DNA of 64,000 nucleotides from Omnitrophica WOR_2 bacterium RIFOXYA2_FULL_38_17. Its GTDB lineage: Bacteria > Omnitrophota > Gorgyraeia > Zapsychrales > Zapsychraceae. The translations under genes were made by a program, and so were the position numbers. Shown one piece after another: positions 30,558 to 40,974 of this stretch; within the stretch, counting starts at the first letter, position 1, and each line of letters opens with the position of its first letter. The stretch is from the NCBI GenBank assembly GCA_001805965.1, contig MHHG01000055.1, positions 3,680 to 67,679 of the forward strand, read 5' to 3'. The notes below the pieces were generated by a model. It saw nothing but the letters and a program-made list of their open reading frames with translations. It searched no databases and was not told the DNA's origin.

Positions 30558-33500
30558 TTTTGGCTTTTTTTCCTTTTAGTTTTTCAACACTTTCAAGAAA
30601 ACCTGGTTCAGTACCAGCTTTGACCATTTTAATATCTAAACACAAACCCTGAAGTTCTTTTACAAGTACATTGAAAGATTCAGGGGTTCCTGGAGCTAAC
30701 TTTTGATGACCCTTAACAATCGCTTCATACATCCTGCTTCTTCCAAGAACATCATCACTCTTTACAGTCAACATTTCCTGCAATGTATATGCTGCGCCAT
30801 AAGCTTCAAGCGCCCAAACTTCCATTTCACCAAATCTCTGTCCACCAAAATGAGCTTTTCCTCCTAATGGCTGTTGAGTAACCAATGAGTAAGGTCCAAT
30901 TGAACGAGCATGTATCTTTTCATCAACAAGGTGGTTCAATTTGATCATATAGATAATACCAACAGTCACTTTTTGATCAAAAGGCAAACCTGTATAACCG
31001 TCATAAACTGTTGTTTTCCCTGTCTCAGGCAAACCAGCTTCTTTTAAACAAGCAACAATTTCATCTTCAGAAGCACCATTAAATACAGGCGTAACAGCAT
31101 GAAAACCCAAAACCTCGGCTGTCCATCCTAAATGAGTTTCTAATAGCTGTCCAACATTCATACGAGAAGGAACACCTAGTGGGTTAAGAACTATGTCAAC
31201 AGCTGTTCCATCTGCAAGAAACGGCATATCTTCCTCTGGCAAAATACGAGAAATAACACCTTTGTTTCCATGTCGGCCAGCCATTTTGTCGCCTTCAGAA
31301 AGTTTTCTTTTTGTTGCAACATAAACTATAACTCTTTTAAGAACACCCGCTGGAAGCTCATCGCCCCTTTTTACTCTTTCAATTTCATGAGTTTCCTCTT
31401 CAACTAGCTCAGCGATTTTATCATTATAAAATCTAACAATTTCTCTTTCTTCAGAATCTTCTTCAAAATCATCAAATGCTATTTTGCTTAATTTTTTTCC
31501 ATCAATACCAAGAAGCTTACTCAATTTCTTTTCCTTTTCTTCTTCGGAAAAGTGTATCTCTTGACGATAATATGCTTTTATCTTTTCTATAACTTCATCT
31601 TCCTTGGTTTTATCAACCTTGCTCTTTCTACCTCTCTCGTTTCTCTGAAAAACTTCAATATTCACAACAACACCTTCAATGCCTGGAGACAATGTCATCG
31701 AAGTATCGCGAATATCTGCCGCCTTCTCACCAAAGATGGCTCTCAGTAATCTCTCTTCAGGAGAAAGCTCCTTTTCACTCTTTGGTGTAACTTTACCGAC
31801 AAGAATATCGCCGGCTTTTACTTCTGCCCCAACACGAATGATACCATCTTCATTCAAATTTATTAATGCCTCTTCGCCAACATTAGGTATATCCCTAGTA
31901 ACTTCTTCATTTCCAAGCCTTGTTTCCCTGCATTCAACTTCAAATTTTTCAATATGTATTGAAGTAAAAACATCTTCTCTAACAATCTTCTCGTTAATTA
32001 ATATCGCATCCTCGAAGTTATATCCTCGCCAAGGCATAAAAGCTACCTTAACATTACGTCCAAGCGCCAAACGACCATTTTTAGTTCCTATACCATCAGC
32101 AATTGTCTGCCCTGCTTTGATCTTTTCTCCGATCTTCACTAGTGGCGTTTGATGAATACAAGTATTTGCATTAGTTCTTTGATAATTCTTTAAAGGATAG
32201 ACAGTTTCATTAACAACTATTTCACTTGCATCCACTTTTGTAACAACGCCAGATTCTTTAGCAATAACAACGACGCCTGAATCTCTAGCAACCTTTTCCT
32301 CAATACCAGTTCCTACGCGTGGAACCTCTGGTATCATTAAAGGAACAGCTTGACGCTGCATGTTTGAACCCATAAGAGCACGGTTAGCATCATCATGCTC
32401 TAAAAAAGGAATAAGCGAAGCAGCTACTGAGACTATCTGTAAAGGAGAAACATCCATGTAACTAACTTTACTCGGATGAACCTTTGGAAAATCAGTTTTA
32501 TAGCGACATGCAACTTCATCTTCTAGGAAGTTACCATCTTCATCGACAGGTGCATTTGCCTGTGCAAGATACTCAGCTTGATCTTTATCTGCAGTCAAGA
32601 ACTCTATCTTCTTTGTTACTTTGCCGTCAACAACTTTTCTGTATGGCGTTTCAATAAAACCCAGATCATTAACTCGTGCACAGTTTGTCAAAGAAGCTAT
32701 CAAACCAATGTTTGGACCTTCAGGCGTTTCAATAGGACAAACTCTTCCATAGTGAGTAGGATGCACGTCTCTTACCTCAAAACCAGCACGTTCACGAGAC
32801 AAACCTCCCGGGCCTAAAGCACTTAATCTTCTTTTGTGGGTCATTTCAGATAATGGATTAACTTGATCCATAAACTGAGACAACTGACTTCTTGCAAAGA
32901 AATCCTGTATTTGGTTAGAGAACAGTCTTGAATTTATTAAATGGTGCGCTGTTAAATTCTCAAAAGTATTCATTACGACCAAACGCTCTTTAATAGAACG
33001 CTCCAAACGAGAAAGACCAATACGCACTTGGTTCTGGACTAATTCACCAACTGTCTTAATGCGCCTATTACCCAAATGATCAATATCATCTGTTTCGCCA
33101 ACTCCATCCCTTAGCCCCGCCAAATATCTAATTACCTCAACAACCGTAGCAATGTCCAAAACCCTATTATCTGAAGGAGTATTAGTACCTAACTTTCTAT
33201 TTATGATATGGCGACCAACTTTACTTAAATCATATCTCTTCGGCTCAAAGAACAATCTAAAGAACAAAGCATCAGCAACCTCAATAGTAGCAGGCTCAGT
33301 AGGCCTCATTTTTCTATAAAAATCTAATAGAGCTTCTTCCTTGTTCTCAGTATGGTCTTTTTCAAATGTTGGCGCTAACTTCGCAAAGTCGTCTCCCAAC
33401 ATTTGCTTAATATCTTCATTACTTGAAAGACCCATGATCCTTAAGATCTGTGTAGCCGGAAAATTCCTTCTTCTATCAATATATGCAAGTAAGACATTAT

Positions 33501-34029
33501 TCAAATCATATTTGATTTCAAACCAAGCCCCACGAGACGGGATAATTCGGCCATGAAAAATACTCTTGCCTGTAGGATGCAACTCTTCTTCAAAGGAAAC
33601 TCCTGGCGGGCGCTGAATTTGAGAGACAACAACTCTTTCGTCACCATTAATTATGAAGGTTCCAGTATCTGTCATTAAAGGGAAATCACCGAAATAGACT
33701 TCTTGCTCCTTAATATCAACTGGAGTAATTAAACGAAGCTTGACTTTCAACGGAGCAGAATAATTCAAGCCTCTTCTTTTACACTCAATCGCAGAATACT
33801 TTTCTTTCCCTAATGAATAGTTCATATATTCAAGCCTGATTTGACCGTCATAGCTTTCAAGAGGAAAAACTTCGCGGAAAACTTCTTCTAATCCTTGCTC
33901 TTCACGCTTATCAGCATGAATATCTCTCTGTAAAAACTGTTCATACGCTACAAGTTGAATATCAAGCAATTGAGGGAAATCAAAGTTATCACGAACTTTA
34001 CTGAAATCCTTAATATTTATTTTTTCCAT
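30550..34029 (-). CDS. rpoB: DNA-directed RNA polymerase beta subunit
   Basis: The 1159-aa ORF has conserved beta-subunit blocks. It overlaps the rpoC start by 8 nt. Confidence 0.97.
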   Translation of the reverse strand: MEKINIKDFSKVRDNFDFPQLLDIQLVAYEQFLQRDIHADKREEQGLEEVFREVFPLESYDGQIRLEYMNYSLGKEKYSAIECKRRGLNYSAPLKVKLRLITPVDIKEQEVYFGDFPLMTDTGTFIINGDERVVVSQIQRPPGVSFEEELHPTGKSIFHGRIIPSRGAWFEIKYDLNNVLLAYIDRRRNFPATQILRIMGLSSNEDIKQMLGDDFAKLAPTFEKDHTENKEEALLDFYRKMRPTEPATIEVADALFFRLFFEPKRYDLSKVGRHIINRKLGTNTPSDNRVLDIATVVEVIRYLAGLRDGVGETDDIDHLGNRRIKTVGELVQNQVRIGLSRLERSIKERLVVMNTFENLTAHHLINSRLFSNQIQDFFARSQLSQFMDQVNPLSEMTHKRRLSALGPGGLSRERAGFEVRDVHPTHYGRVCPIETPEGPNIGLIASLTNCARVNDLGFIETPYRKVVDGKVTKKIEFLTADKDQAEYLAQANAPVDEDGNFLEDEVACRYKTDFPKVHPSKVSYMDVSPLQIVSVAASLIPFLEHDDANRALMGSNMQRQAVPLMIPEVPRVGTGIEEKVARDSGVVVIAKESGVVTKVDASEIVVNETVYPLKNYQRTNANTCIHQTPLVKIGEKIKAGQTIADGIGTKNGRLALGRNVKVAFMPWRGYNFEDAILINEKIVREDVFTSIHIEKFEVECRETRLGNEEVTRDIPNVGEEALINLNEDGIIRVGAEVKAGDILVGKVTPKSEKELSPEERLLRAIFGEKAADIRDTSMTLSPGIEGVVVNIEVFQRNERGRKSKVDKTKEDEVIEKIKAYYRQEIHFSEEEKEKKLSKLLGIDGKKLSKIAFDDFEEDSEEREIVRFYNDKIAELVEEETHEIERVKRGDELPAGVLKRVIVYVATKRKLSEGDKMAGRHGNKGVISRILPEEDMPFLADGTAVDIVLNPLGVPSRMNVGQLLETHLGWTAEVLGFHAVTPVFNGASEDEIVACLKEAGLPETGKTTVYDGYTGLPFDQKVTVGIIYMIKLNHLVDEKIHARSIGPYSLVTQQPLGGKAHFGGQRFGEMEVWALEAYGAAYTLQEMLTVKSDDVLGRSRMYEAIVKGHQKLAPGTPESFNVLVKELQGLCLDIKMVKAGTEPGFLESVEKLKGKKAKND

Positions 34030-34089
34030 AGTTTTCTTTAGAAATAGAGTTTCTTATTAGTTTAGACTGCCAACTGAATGCAAAGCTCG

Positions 34090-34524
34090 TTACTTCAATT
34101 CTACTTTTGCACCAGCTGCTTCTAGCTTCTTCTTGAGTTCTTCAGCTTCACTCTTTGAAGCACCTTCTTTAACTACTTTTGGAGCTGCTTCAACCAAGTC
34201 TTTAGCTTCTTTTAGACCTAAACTAGTTGCGCCTCTAACTTCTTTAATAACAGCAATTTTATTTGCTCCTATGTCAGTTAGAACAACATCGAACTCTGTC
34301 TTTTCTTCTTCAGCTGCGGCACCACCAGCTGCTGGACCGGCCATAACCATTCCCGCGGCCATAGGCGCTGCTGCCTGAATTCCAAATTTGTCTTCCAAAC
34401 CTTTTACAAGTTCTGAAAGCTCAAGAGCAGTCAACCCCTCGATCGTCTTCATTACTTCCTCTAATTTTGGAGAAAGCTGTACACCTTCCTTTGCTCCTTT
34501 TTCAGCCACTGTATTTTCGGACAT
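34090..34524 (-). CDS. rplL: 50S ribosomal protein L7/L12
   Basis: [20 protein letters not shown]..., an Ala/Gly hinge and a C-terminal domain. The true start may be an internal Met (about 15-20 aa shorter). Confidence 0.9.
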   Translation of the reverse strand: MSENTVAEKGAKEGVQLSPKLEEVMKTIEGLTALELSELVKGLEDKFGIQAAAPMAAGMVMAGPAAGGAAAEEEKTEFDVVLTDIGANKIAVIKEVRGATSLGLKEAKDLVEAAPKVVKEGASKSEAEELKKKLEAAGAKVELK

Positions 34525-34526
34525 TT

Positions 34527-35057
34527 TTAATTTCCTCCCTTTTGTTCACTTAATTGTTTCAATACAGATAATAATTCTCTTGTTTTTGCATTTAATGCTT
34601 GGGCAAATCTTGTTATTGGCGATTGAATAGCTGATAAAAGCATAGCTAAAAGAACTTCTCTGGACGGAAGTTCAGATAACTTCTGAACATCAGCCTTGCT
34701 TAGAATCTTTCCTTCAAGAAGCCCACCAGCAACAGAAACGGAATCAATTCCCTTTGCGAACTCAACTAAAATCTTTGAAATCTCAACAGAATCAGAACTG
34801 CTCCAAACAAATGCTGTTTGCCCCTCTATCGCCTTTGAAAGCTGCTCCTTCTCTAATTCTTTTAAAGCAATCTGTGCAATACTATTCCTGGAAACATACA
34901 TATTAGCGCCTGCATTGCTAAGATTTTTTCTTAAATCACTAAGCTTCTCTCCAGAAAGCTGAGAGTAGTTCAAAAGAAAAACATTACCATTGCTGCTAAC
35001 ATTTTCTTTAATGTGTTTAACAAAATTTTCTCTAAATATTTGGCCAACTTTTTTCAT
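34527..35057 (-). CDS. rplJ: 50S ribosomal protein L10
   Basis: The 176-aa ORF has the L10 core. Confidence 0.9.
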   Translation of the reverse strand: MKKVGQIFRENFVKHIKENVSSNGNVFLLNYSQLSGEKLSDLRKNLSNAGANMYVSRNSIAQIALKELEKEQLSKAIEGQTAFVWSSSDSVEISKILVEFAKGIDSVSVAGGLLEGKILSKADVQKLSELPSREVLLAMLLSAIQSPITRFAQALNAKTRELLSVLKQLSEQKGGN

Positions 35058-35734
35058 AAATCTATCCTTAAACCAGGCCCCATGGTGGTTGACAAAGATG
35101 CTGTCTTTATAAGGTTACCTTTAACTGATGCCGGCTTAGCATGATTAATTGCATCAAGCAACTGATCAAAATTTTCCTTCAGCTTTTCCTTAGAAAAAGA
35201 TCTTTTCCCTAAACCCACATGAATACCTGCTTGTTTATCCGATTTAAATTCAATCTTACCCGCTTTAACTTCTCTAATTGCTTTATCAACATCAACCGTA
35301 ACAGTACCTGCCTTAGGAGAAGGCATGAGACCTCTTGGACCCAAGACTTTACCTAATTTACCTAAATCCCTCATCATATCCGGAGCAGCAACAACTACGT
35401 CAAAATCTAAAAATCCTTTTGAAACTTTATCAACTAAATCATCAGAACCAACAAAGTCAGCTCCAGCCTCTTTTGCTTTTAGCTCAAGTTCGCCTTTGCA
35501 AAAACATGCAACACGTATTGTCTTACCTAACCCATGTGGCAAGGCAACCGTTCCTCTTATTGACTGGTCTGAACTTTTAGAGCTGATGTTTAAAGAAAGA
35601 TGCAGCTCAACCGTTTCATCGAATTTTACTTTAGGAAATCCTGTAATACAATCTAAAGCTTCATCCACCGTGTACCTTTTTAATTTATCAGTTACTTTTG
35701 CAGCTTCCTTCATTCTTTTGCTTATTTTAACCAT
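35054..35734 (-). CDS. rplA: 50S ribosomal protein L1
   Basis: L1 core. The start was moved to M8 (MVKISKRMKEA...); the ORF track begins 7 codons upstream. Confidence 0.9.
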   Translation of the reverse strand: MVKISKRMKEAAKVTDKLKRYTVDEALDCITGFPKVKFDETVELHLSLNISSKSSDQSIRGTVALPHGLGKTIRVACFCKGELELKAKEAGADFVGSDDLVDKVSKGFLDFDVVVAAPDMMRDLGKLGKVLGPRGLMPSPKAGTVTVDVDKAIREVKAGKIEFKSDKQAGIHVGLGKRSFSKEKLKENFDQLLDAINHAKPASVKGNLIKTASLSTTMGPGLRIDL

Positions 35735-35735
35735 T

Positions 35736-36161
35736 TTAATCCACCACCTCAACACCCATACTTCTTGCAGTGCCTTTAATGATCTTCAGGGCCTGTTCAA
35801 AGTTTCCGGTATTTAAATCTTCCATTTTTGTTTTTGCGATTTCATTTACTTGACTTTTTGTTATAGAGGCAATTTTTTCTTTTCCTGCTAAACCAGATGC
35901 TTTTGCTAAATTTGCAGCTTTTTTGATAAGAACAGAACTTGGAGGGGTTTTTAGAATAAAAGTGAACGACTTATCTTTATAAACGGTTATAACTGCTGGT
36001 AAGATAAGGCCCTCTCTGCCTTTAGTCTTTTCATTGAAAGCCTTACAAAAACCCATGATATTTACACCATGCTGCCCTAAAGCGGGACCAACAGGCGGCG
36101 CAGGGTTTGCTTGTCCAGCAGGTACATATAATTTTATTTGAGCTACAACTTCTTTTGCCAT
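35736..36161 (-). CDS. rplK: 50S ribosomal protein L11
   Basis: [36 protein letters not shown] is a canonical L11. Confidence 0.95.
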   Translation of the reverse strand: MAKEVVAQIKLYVPAGQANPAPPVGPALGQHGVNIMGFCKAFNEKTKGREGLILPAVITVYKDKSFTFILKTPPSSVLIKKAANLAKASGLAGKEKIASITKSQVNEIAKTKMEDLNTGNFEQALKIIKGTARSMGVEVVD

Positions 36162-36187
36162 ATCAGTTCCTTAATTTAATCTTAAAA

Positions 36188-36718
36188 TCACAATTTTTCA
36201 ACTTGCCAATATTCAAGTTCAACAAGCGTTGATCTCCCAAAAATAGAAACACTTACCTTTAATTTTCCCCTATCAGGGTATAGCTCCATAACTATTCCAT
36301 TAAAATTGGCAAAAGGCCCCTGTGCAATTCTAATAGATTCACCAACTTCAAAACTAGTTTTGGGCGTAGGTTTTGTTTCTGTATCTTCTGTTCTTCTTAA
36401 AATAGCATTAACTTCATCTATTGAAATAGGCGTTGGCTTTCTGCCAGGGCCAATAAAGCCTGTAATACCTGGGGTGCTCTTTACCAGGTACCAGCTTTCC
36501 TTATTCATTTCCATATTTATAATTATATATCCAGGAAAAAACTTTCTTGCTGTAATACGTTTCTTGCCACCTCTTATTTCAGAAACCTGTTCTGTGGGAA
36601 CAACTATTTCCTGAACATAATCTTTAAGAGCAGTAGTCGCCATTCTGTTTTCTAATCCAGCCTTGGCTTTTTCTTCTGATCCTGTCTGTGTATGTACAAC
36701 GTACCACTTTTTTTCCAT
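36188..36718 (-). CDS. nusG: Transcription termination/antitermination factor NusG
   Basis: NGN domain (WYVVHTQTGSEEKA) plus a C-terminal KOW. Confidence 0.9.
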   Translation of the reverse strand: MEKKWYVVHTQTGSEEKAKAGLENRMATTALKDYVQEIVVPTEQVSEIRGGKKRITARKFFPGYIIINMEMNKESWYLVKSTPGITGFIGPGRKPTPISIDEVNAILRRTEDTETKPTPKTSFEVGESIRIAQGPFANFNGIVMELYPDRGKLKVSVSIFGRSTLVELEYWQVEKL

Positions 36719-36725
36719 TATATTA

Positions 36726-36911
36726 TTACCTAATTATCAGTCCTAACAATTTTGAAAGAACAAAATCAACAACTGCTATGAATATCCCCAAAAACGAAGA
36801 ACTCAAAATTATTATCCAAGTAGCATCGATCAATTCTTTCCTGGTTGACCAAGAAACTTTTTTAAGCTCGACCACTACTTCTGATACAAATTTTTTTATT
36901 TTTACTAACAT
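36726..36911 (-). CDS. secE: Preprotein translocase subunit SecE
   Basis: The 61-aa single-TM ORF (ELKKVSWSTRKELIDATWIIILSS) sits in the conserved position upstream of nusG. Confidence 0.8.
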   Translation of the reverse strand: MLVKIKKFVSEVVVELKKVSWSTRKELIDATWIIILSSSFLGIFIAVVDFVLSKLLGLIIR

Positions 36912-36922
36912 ATTTTCTAAAA

Positions 36923-36996
36923 CAGGCCTGGTAGGATTTGAACCTACAACCTTCGGTTTTGGAGACCGTCGCTCTGCCAGTTAGAGCTACAGGCCT
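36923..36996 (-). tRNA. tRNA-Trp (anticodon CCA)
   Basis: The manual cloverleaf has a 7-bp acceptor stem AGGCCTG/CAGGCCT, anticodon loop CTCCAAA, T-loop TTCAAAT and discriminator G. No CCA is encoded. Confidence 0.85.
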
Positions 36997-37011
36997 ATTT
37001 ATCCACAAAAC

Positions 37012-37164
37012 CTATTTTTTCATTTCTTTATGAACAGTATGCTTTCGATCGAATCGACAATATTTTTTCAACTCGATTTTGTCAGGATGTTTCTTCTTAT
37101 CCTTAGTACTGCTATAGTTGATCCGGTTGCATTCTTCGCATTGGAATCTAATAGGTTCTCTCAT
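37012..37164 (-). CDS. rpmG: 50S ribosomal protein L33
   Basis: MREPIRFQCEECNRINYSSTKDKKKHPDKIELKKYCRFDRKHTVHKEMKK. The start was placed at the internal Met of the 60-aa ORF. Confidence 0.8.
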   Translation of the reverse strand: MREPIRFQCEECNRINYSSTKDKKKHPDKIELKKYCRFDRKHTVHKEMKK

Positions 37165-37237
37165 AATTAACTCTCTATAATAAAAATAATTCAAATAATA
37201 ATTGGATTTTTCCGTCTAGCTCAATTGACATTCTCAA

Positions 37238-37310
<73 letters not shown>

Positions 37311-37328
37311 AATAGATAAAGAGATTTC

Positions 37329-37356
37329 AAGTATACCGAATATTTTCAGGTTGTCA
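37329..37356 (-). promoter_or_regulatory. Candidate sigma70 promoter for the tRNA-Thr/rpmG/tRNA-Trp/secE cluster
   Basis: The minus strand reads TTGACA, a 16-nt spacer, then TATACT. This lies about 19 nt upstream of the tRNA-Thr 5' end. Confidence 0.45.
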
Positions 37357-37425
37357 AGTATTTTATTAATTTATTTTAGATTCTAATTGGCTTGAATTAT
37401 TGAAGTTACAAACATGAAAAATAAA

Positions 37426-38598
37426 TTAAACTATTTTTAAAAAACGCTTTTTCCCCACCCTTATTAATCCCTCTTTTAGCACCCACTCCTCAGTAATAAT
37501 CTTTTTTCCATCACAACTAATTGCACCTTGCTTAATAAGGCGCCTGTATTCGTTTTTTGATTCAACAAGACCAGTTTCCAGCAAAACATCAACCAATTCC
37601 TGGCTTCCTGATTCATTCATTGAATACTCAGCAATATTTTCGGGGGTTTTGCCTAGGCTAAAAGTGTTTTCAAAGTCATTTTTAGCTCTTTGCGCCTCAT
37701 TTGCATCATAAAATTGGCCTACAATCTCTAGGCCTAATTTCATCTTGGCCTCTTTTGGATGAATACTTTTAAGCTCATCAAGATCAAGATCAGTTAATAT
37801 CTCAAAATATCTAAACATCAATTCGTCACTAATAGACATTATTTTACCAAAAATCTCTTTAGGCGGCTCAGTAACCCCAATATAATTACTTAAAGATTTA
37901 CTCATCTTTTTAACGCCATCCAATCCTTCTAGCAAGGGCGTCATAATAATTACCTGTGGCACCTGACCCTTTATTTCCTGTAATTGCCTTCCCATAAGTA
38001 AATTAAACTTCTGATCATTACCGCCTAATTCTATATCAGCATTTAAATAAACTGAATCATAACCCTGGAGCAACGGATAAAGGAATTCCATTATGCTTAT
38101 TTCAGAACCAGATTCATATCTCTTTTTAAAATCAGAACGCGCCAACATTTGAGCCACTGTTGAATAAGCTGTCAATTCAAGCATTTCTTGAGCTGTTAAC
38201 TTGCTTAACCAATCGTAATTGTAAACAATTTCAATTTTTTTGGGATCATCATCTAAAATTTTTAAAGCTTGTTTTGCATAAGTTTTTGCATTTTCTCGAA
38301 TAACTGACAACTCAACTGCTGGGCGCAATTCATTTCTTCCCGTAGGATCACCAACTAAAGCTGTGAAATCCCCAATAAGGAACAAAACCTTATGACCAAG
38401 ATCTTGAAATTGCCTTAATTTTCTAAGAAGAACAACATGTCCCAAGTGTATATCGGGTGCGGTAGGGTCAAATCCTGCTTTGACACGGAGTGGTTTTTTA
38501 TTTTTTTGACTATCTTGAAGTTTTTTCTCTAAGCTCTTTATATCAATAATTTCTGCTGATCCTCGAGAAAGCTTCTTGATTTGATCCTTTATTTCCAT
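37426..38598 (-). CDS. tyrS: Tyrosyl-tRNA synthetase
   Basis: HIGH-type motif DIHLGH, KMSKS, and a C-terminal S4-like domain. The ORF track begins at an in-hairpin GTG, so I placed the start at the ATG (MEIKDQIKK). Confidence 0.9.
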   Translation of the reverse strand: MEIKDQIKKLSRGSAEIIDIKSLEKKLQDSQKNKKPLRVKAGFDPTAPDIHLGHVVLLRKLRQFQDLGHKVLFLIGDFTALVGDPTGRNELRPAVELSVIRENAKTYAKQALKILDDDPKKIEIVYNYDWLSKLTAQEMLELTAYSTVAQMLARSDFKKRYESGSEISIMEFLYPLLQGYDSVYLNADIELGGNDQKFNLLMGRQLQEIKGQVPQVIIMTPLLEGLDGVKKMSKSLSNYIGVTEPPKEIFGKIMSISDELMFRYFEILTDLDLDELKSIHPKEAKMKLGLEIVGQFYDANEAQRAKNDFENTFSLGKTPENIAEYSMNESGSQELVDVLLETGLVESKNEYRRLIKQGAISCDGKKIITEEWVLKEGLIRVGKKRFLKIV

Positions 38599-38608
38599 GA
38601 TATGAATA

Positions 38609-38636
38609 GGCACCTTCCTTATATAAGGAAGGTGCC
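38609..38636 (-). promoter_or_regulatory. Perfect 10-bp hairpin GGCACCTTCC-ttatataa-GGAAGGTGCC between rpsA and tyrS
   Basis: Read directly from the sequence. The 3' arm AAGGAAGGTG is the only SD-like element upstream of the tyrS ATG (10 nt downstream), so the structure could sequester the SD and/or terminate rpsA transcripts. Confidence 0.45.
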
Positions 38637-38679
38637 ATCAATTTATTTCCAAAGATTATACGTAAAGCAAATGCTGATG

Positions 38680-40278
38680 TTATAGCTTAGCGCTAACACC
38701 AATTTTCATCTGATCTACATCTACCTTAATGATCTTTACAATTAGCTTATCGCCTGGCTTTAAAGCGTCTGCTTTTTCCTTCTCTATCTCAGACGAATAA
38801 ACCAAAGCTTCAACATCATTTTCCAGCTTGACAAAAACACCAAAATTAGAATTCAAGACAACTTCTGCCTCTACTTCCAATCCCACAGTATACTTTTCAG
38901 AAATACTTTCCCAAGGATTACTAGTAAGCTGTTTTAAACCTAAATTGATTTTTCTGTTTTCTGAGTCAACGGCAAGCACAACAACTTCAACTTCATGGCC
39001 TTTTTCAAAAACATCCTGAGGATGATTGATCTTCTTTGTCCATGACATGTCAGAAATATGTATCATTCCTTCAAGCCCTGAATCAAGTTCGATAAAAGCA
39101 CCATAATCAGTAAAGCCCCTGATTTTACCCTTAACTTTTGAGCCAACAGCATATTTTGCCTCAGCCTCTAGCCAAGGATTGTTCTCAAGCTGCTTCATAC
39201 TTAATGATATTCTCTTTGAATCTTTATCAACATTAATAACTTGAACTTCAATTTCATCGCCAACCTTAAACATTTCTTGAGGATTAACTAATTTTTTCTG
39301 CCAAGTGATTTCTGATGAATGCAATAAACCTTCAATACCTTTTTCTATTTCGACAAAAACACCATAAGGCATTACATTGACGATCTTTCCCTTAGCTTTT
39401 TGACCTGTAGGATATTTCTCGTAAATATCTGCCCATGGATTTTCAACAATTTGCTTTAAGCCCAAAGAAACCTTTGAATTATCTTTATCAAAATCCAAAA
39501 TAAGGACTTCAACTTTATCTCCAATAGATACGATCTCAGATGGATGATTAATTCTAGTCCAGCTCATATCAGTGATATGCAATAGACCATCCACACCGCC
39601 TAAGTCAACGAATGCTCCAAAGTCTGTGATACCTTTAACAACACCCATTCTCTTTTGGCCTTTTCCAAGCTCTCCCCACAATTGGTCTCTAACAACTTCT
39701 TTCTCTTTCTGAACTACTTCACGACGTGAAAGAATTAGATTACGTCTTGGCTTATTCAATTTCGCAACCTGGAACTTATATCTACTTGCCATTATTTCAT
39801 CTGAAGAAACTCCTCTAAAAGCAGATAAAGACATTGGTAGAAATGCTTCAATGCCTTCAGTATCCACAATAAAGCCGCCTCTGACCTGCTTGACAATCCT
39901 TCCCTCTACAGAATCACCTTCATTGATTGAATCACCTAACTTCATCCAACCTTTAAGCTTTTCTGCTTTTTGACGGGAAAGAACCAATCGGCCCTCGTCA
40001 TCTTCAATTGATTCTATCAAAATATCTAAAACTGTACCGATCTTAAGATTTTCCATATTGCGGAATTCTTCGATCGGAACAAAGCCTTCTGACTTAAAAC
40101 CAATATCAACAACAGCTTCTTTGTCATTAAAAGCAACAATCGTCCCTAAGACAATCTCTCCTTCCTTAATATCTCGAAATGTTTCACTATACATTTCGGC
40201 CATCAATGATTTCTTTTCTTCACTCATGTAAATGATACCTCTTTCTTTTTTATTTTCTTCAGACATAAAATAGCCCAA
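38680..40278 (-). CDS. rpsA: 30S ribosomal protein S1 (multiple S1 domains)
   Basis: Repeated S1 OB-fold repeats (GxxVxGxVxxIxxFGAFVxL). The true start may be an internal Met (M5, M18 or M26). Confidence 0.9.
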   Translation of the reverse strand: MGYFMSEENKKERGIIYMSEEKKSLMAEMYSETFRDIKEGEIVLGTIVAFNDKEAVVDIGFKSEGFVPIEEFRNMENLKIGTVLDILIESIEDDEGRLVLSRQKAEKLKGWMKLGDSINEGDSVEGRIVKQVRGGFIVDTEGIEAFLPMSLSAFRGVSSDEIMASRYKFQVAKLNKPRRNLILSRREVVQKEKEVVRDQLWGELGKGQKRMGVVKGITDFGAFVDLGGVDGLLHITDMSWTRINHPSEIVSIGDKVEVLILDFDKDNSKVSLGLKQIVENPWADIYEKYPTGQKAKGKIVNVMPYGVFVEIEKGIEGLLHSSEITWQKKLVNPQEMFKVGDEIEVQVINVDKDSKRISLSMKQLENNPWLEAEAKYAVGSKVKGKIRGFTDYGAFIELDSGLEGMIHISDMSWTKKINHPQDVFEKGHEVEVVVLAVDSENRKINLGLKQLTSNPWESISEKYTVGLEVEAEVVLNSNFGVFVKLENDVEALVYSSEIEKEKADALKPGDKLIVKIIKVDVDQMKIGVSAKL

Positions 40279-40308
40279 AAAACAGCTATCCCAAAATCTG
40301 AGGACACC

Positions 40309-40336
40309 ATTATCTCAAAATATGTCAATTTGTCAA
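40309..40336 (-). promoter_or_regulatory. Candidate sigma70 promoter for rpsA
   Basis: The minus strand reads TTGACA, a 16-nt spacer, then GATAAT, about 30 nt upstream of the rpsA ORF start. A second TTGACA copy lies 8 nt downstream. Confidence 0.4.
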
Positions 40337-40373
40337 ATAAAATTATTCAGAAAAACAGATATTTTAAAGAAAA

Positions 40374-40964
40374 TTACTCTTTGGCAAGACTTTCCACTTT
40401 TTCCATTATTTTTTCTGCAATCTTCAAATAAGGGAGGTCGCTCTTTAAAAAACTGATGGGCTCTCCAAACCTAACTACTGCGGGATACCTTTTCACTGTC
40501 CTTGAACCAGGAGGAAAAACCTTGTCTGTTCCACTAACATATACTGGAATGACCGGTAATCCAGTTTTGAATGCAATAAAACCAATCCCAGCCTGAACCT
40601 CGCTCTCCGCTCCTTCACGAACCCTAGTACCTTCCGGGAACATTAAAACCGGCAAATTACTTTGCAGCCTTCGAATAATCTCTTTTATTGCCCTGATATC
40701 AGAAGTTTCTCTTTTAATAGGAAAAGCTTCTAATTTCTTAAGATACCAACCAAAAATTTTATTTTTAAACAGTGAATCTTTTGCAAGAAAACTAATCCTG
40801 CGCGCGCAGCATATAGGTATAATAATGGGGTCTAAATGGCTTCTATGGTTACTGGCAAGAATAAAAGCACCTTTTGAAGGAATATTCTTTTGGCCATAAA
40901 CCTTTAGCGGGAAAAAAAAGATTCTAATAAGCCTAACAAAAACCCATGTTATCCAATAAATCAT
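40374..40964 (-). CDS. plsC: 1-acyl-sn-glycerol-3-phosphate acyltransferase
   Basis: NHRSHLDP (HX4D) and FPEGTR motifs. Confidence 0.8.
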   Translation of the reverse strand: MIYWITWVFVRLIRIFFFPLKVYGQKNIPSKGAFILASNHRSHLDPIIIPICCARRISFLAKDSLFKNKIFGWYLKKLEAFPIKRETSDIRAIKEIIRRLQSNLPVLMFPEGTRVREGAESEVQAGIGFIAFKTGLPVIPVYVSGTDKVFPPGSRTVKRYPAVVRFGEPISFLKSDLPYLKIAEKIMEKVESLAKE

Positions 40965-40974
40965 TTTACAAATT

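Noticed and set aside
37012-37194. Full 60-aa ORF for L33 starting MNYFYYRELIMREP
   Set aside because: The conserved L33 starts at the internal Met (MREPIRFQCEEC). The first 10 codons are probably untranslated leader.
38598-38680. T-box riboswitch upstream of tyrS
   Set aside because: The leader is only about 80 nt and has no specifier loop or T-box consensus. Only a single SD-sequestering hairpin is present.
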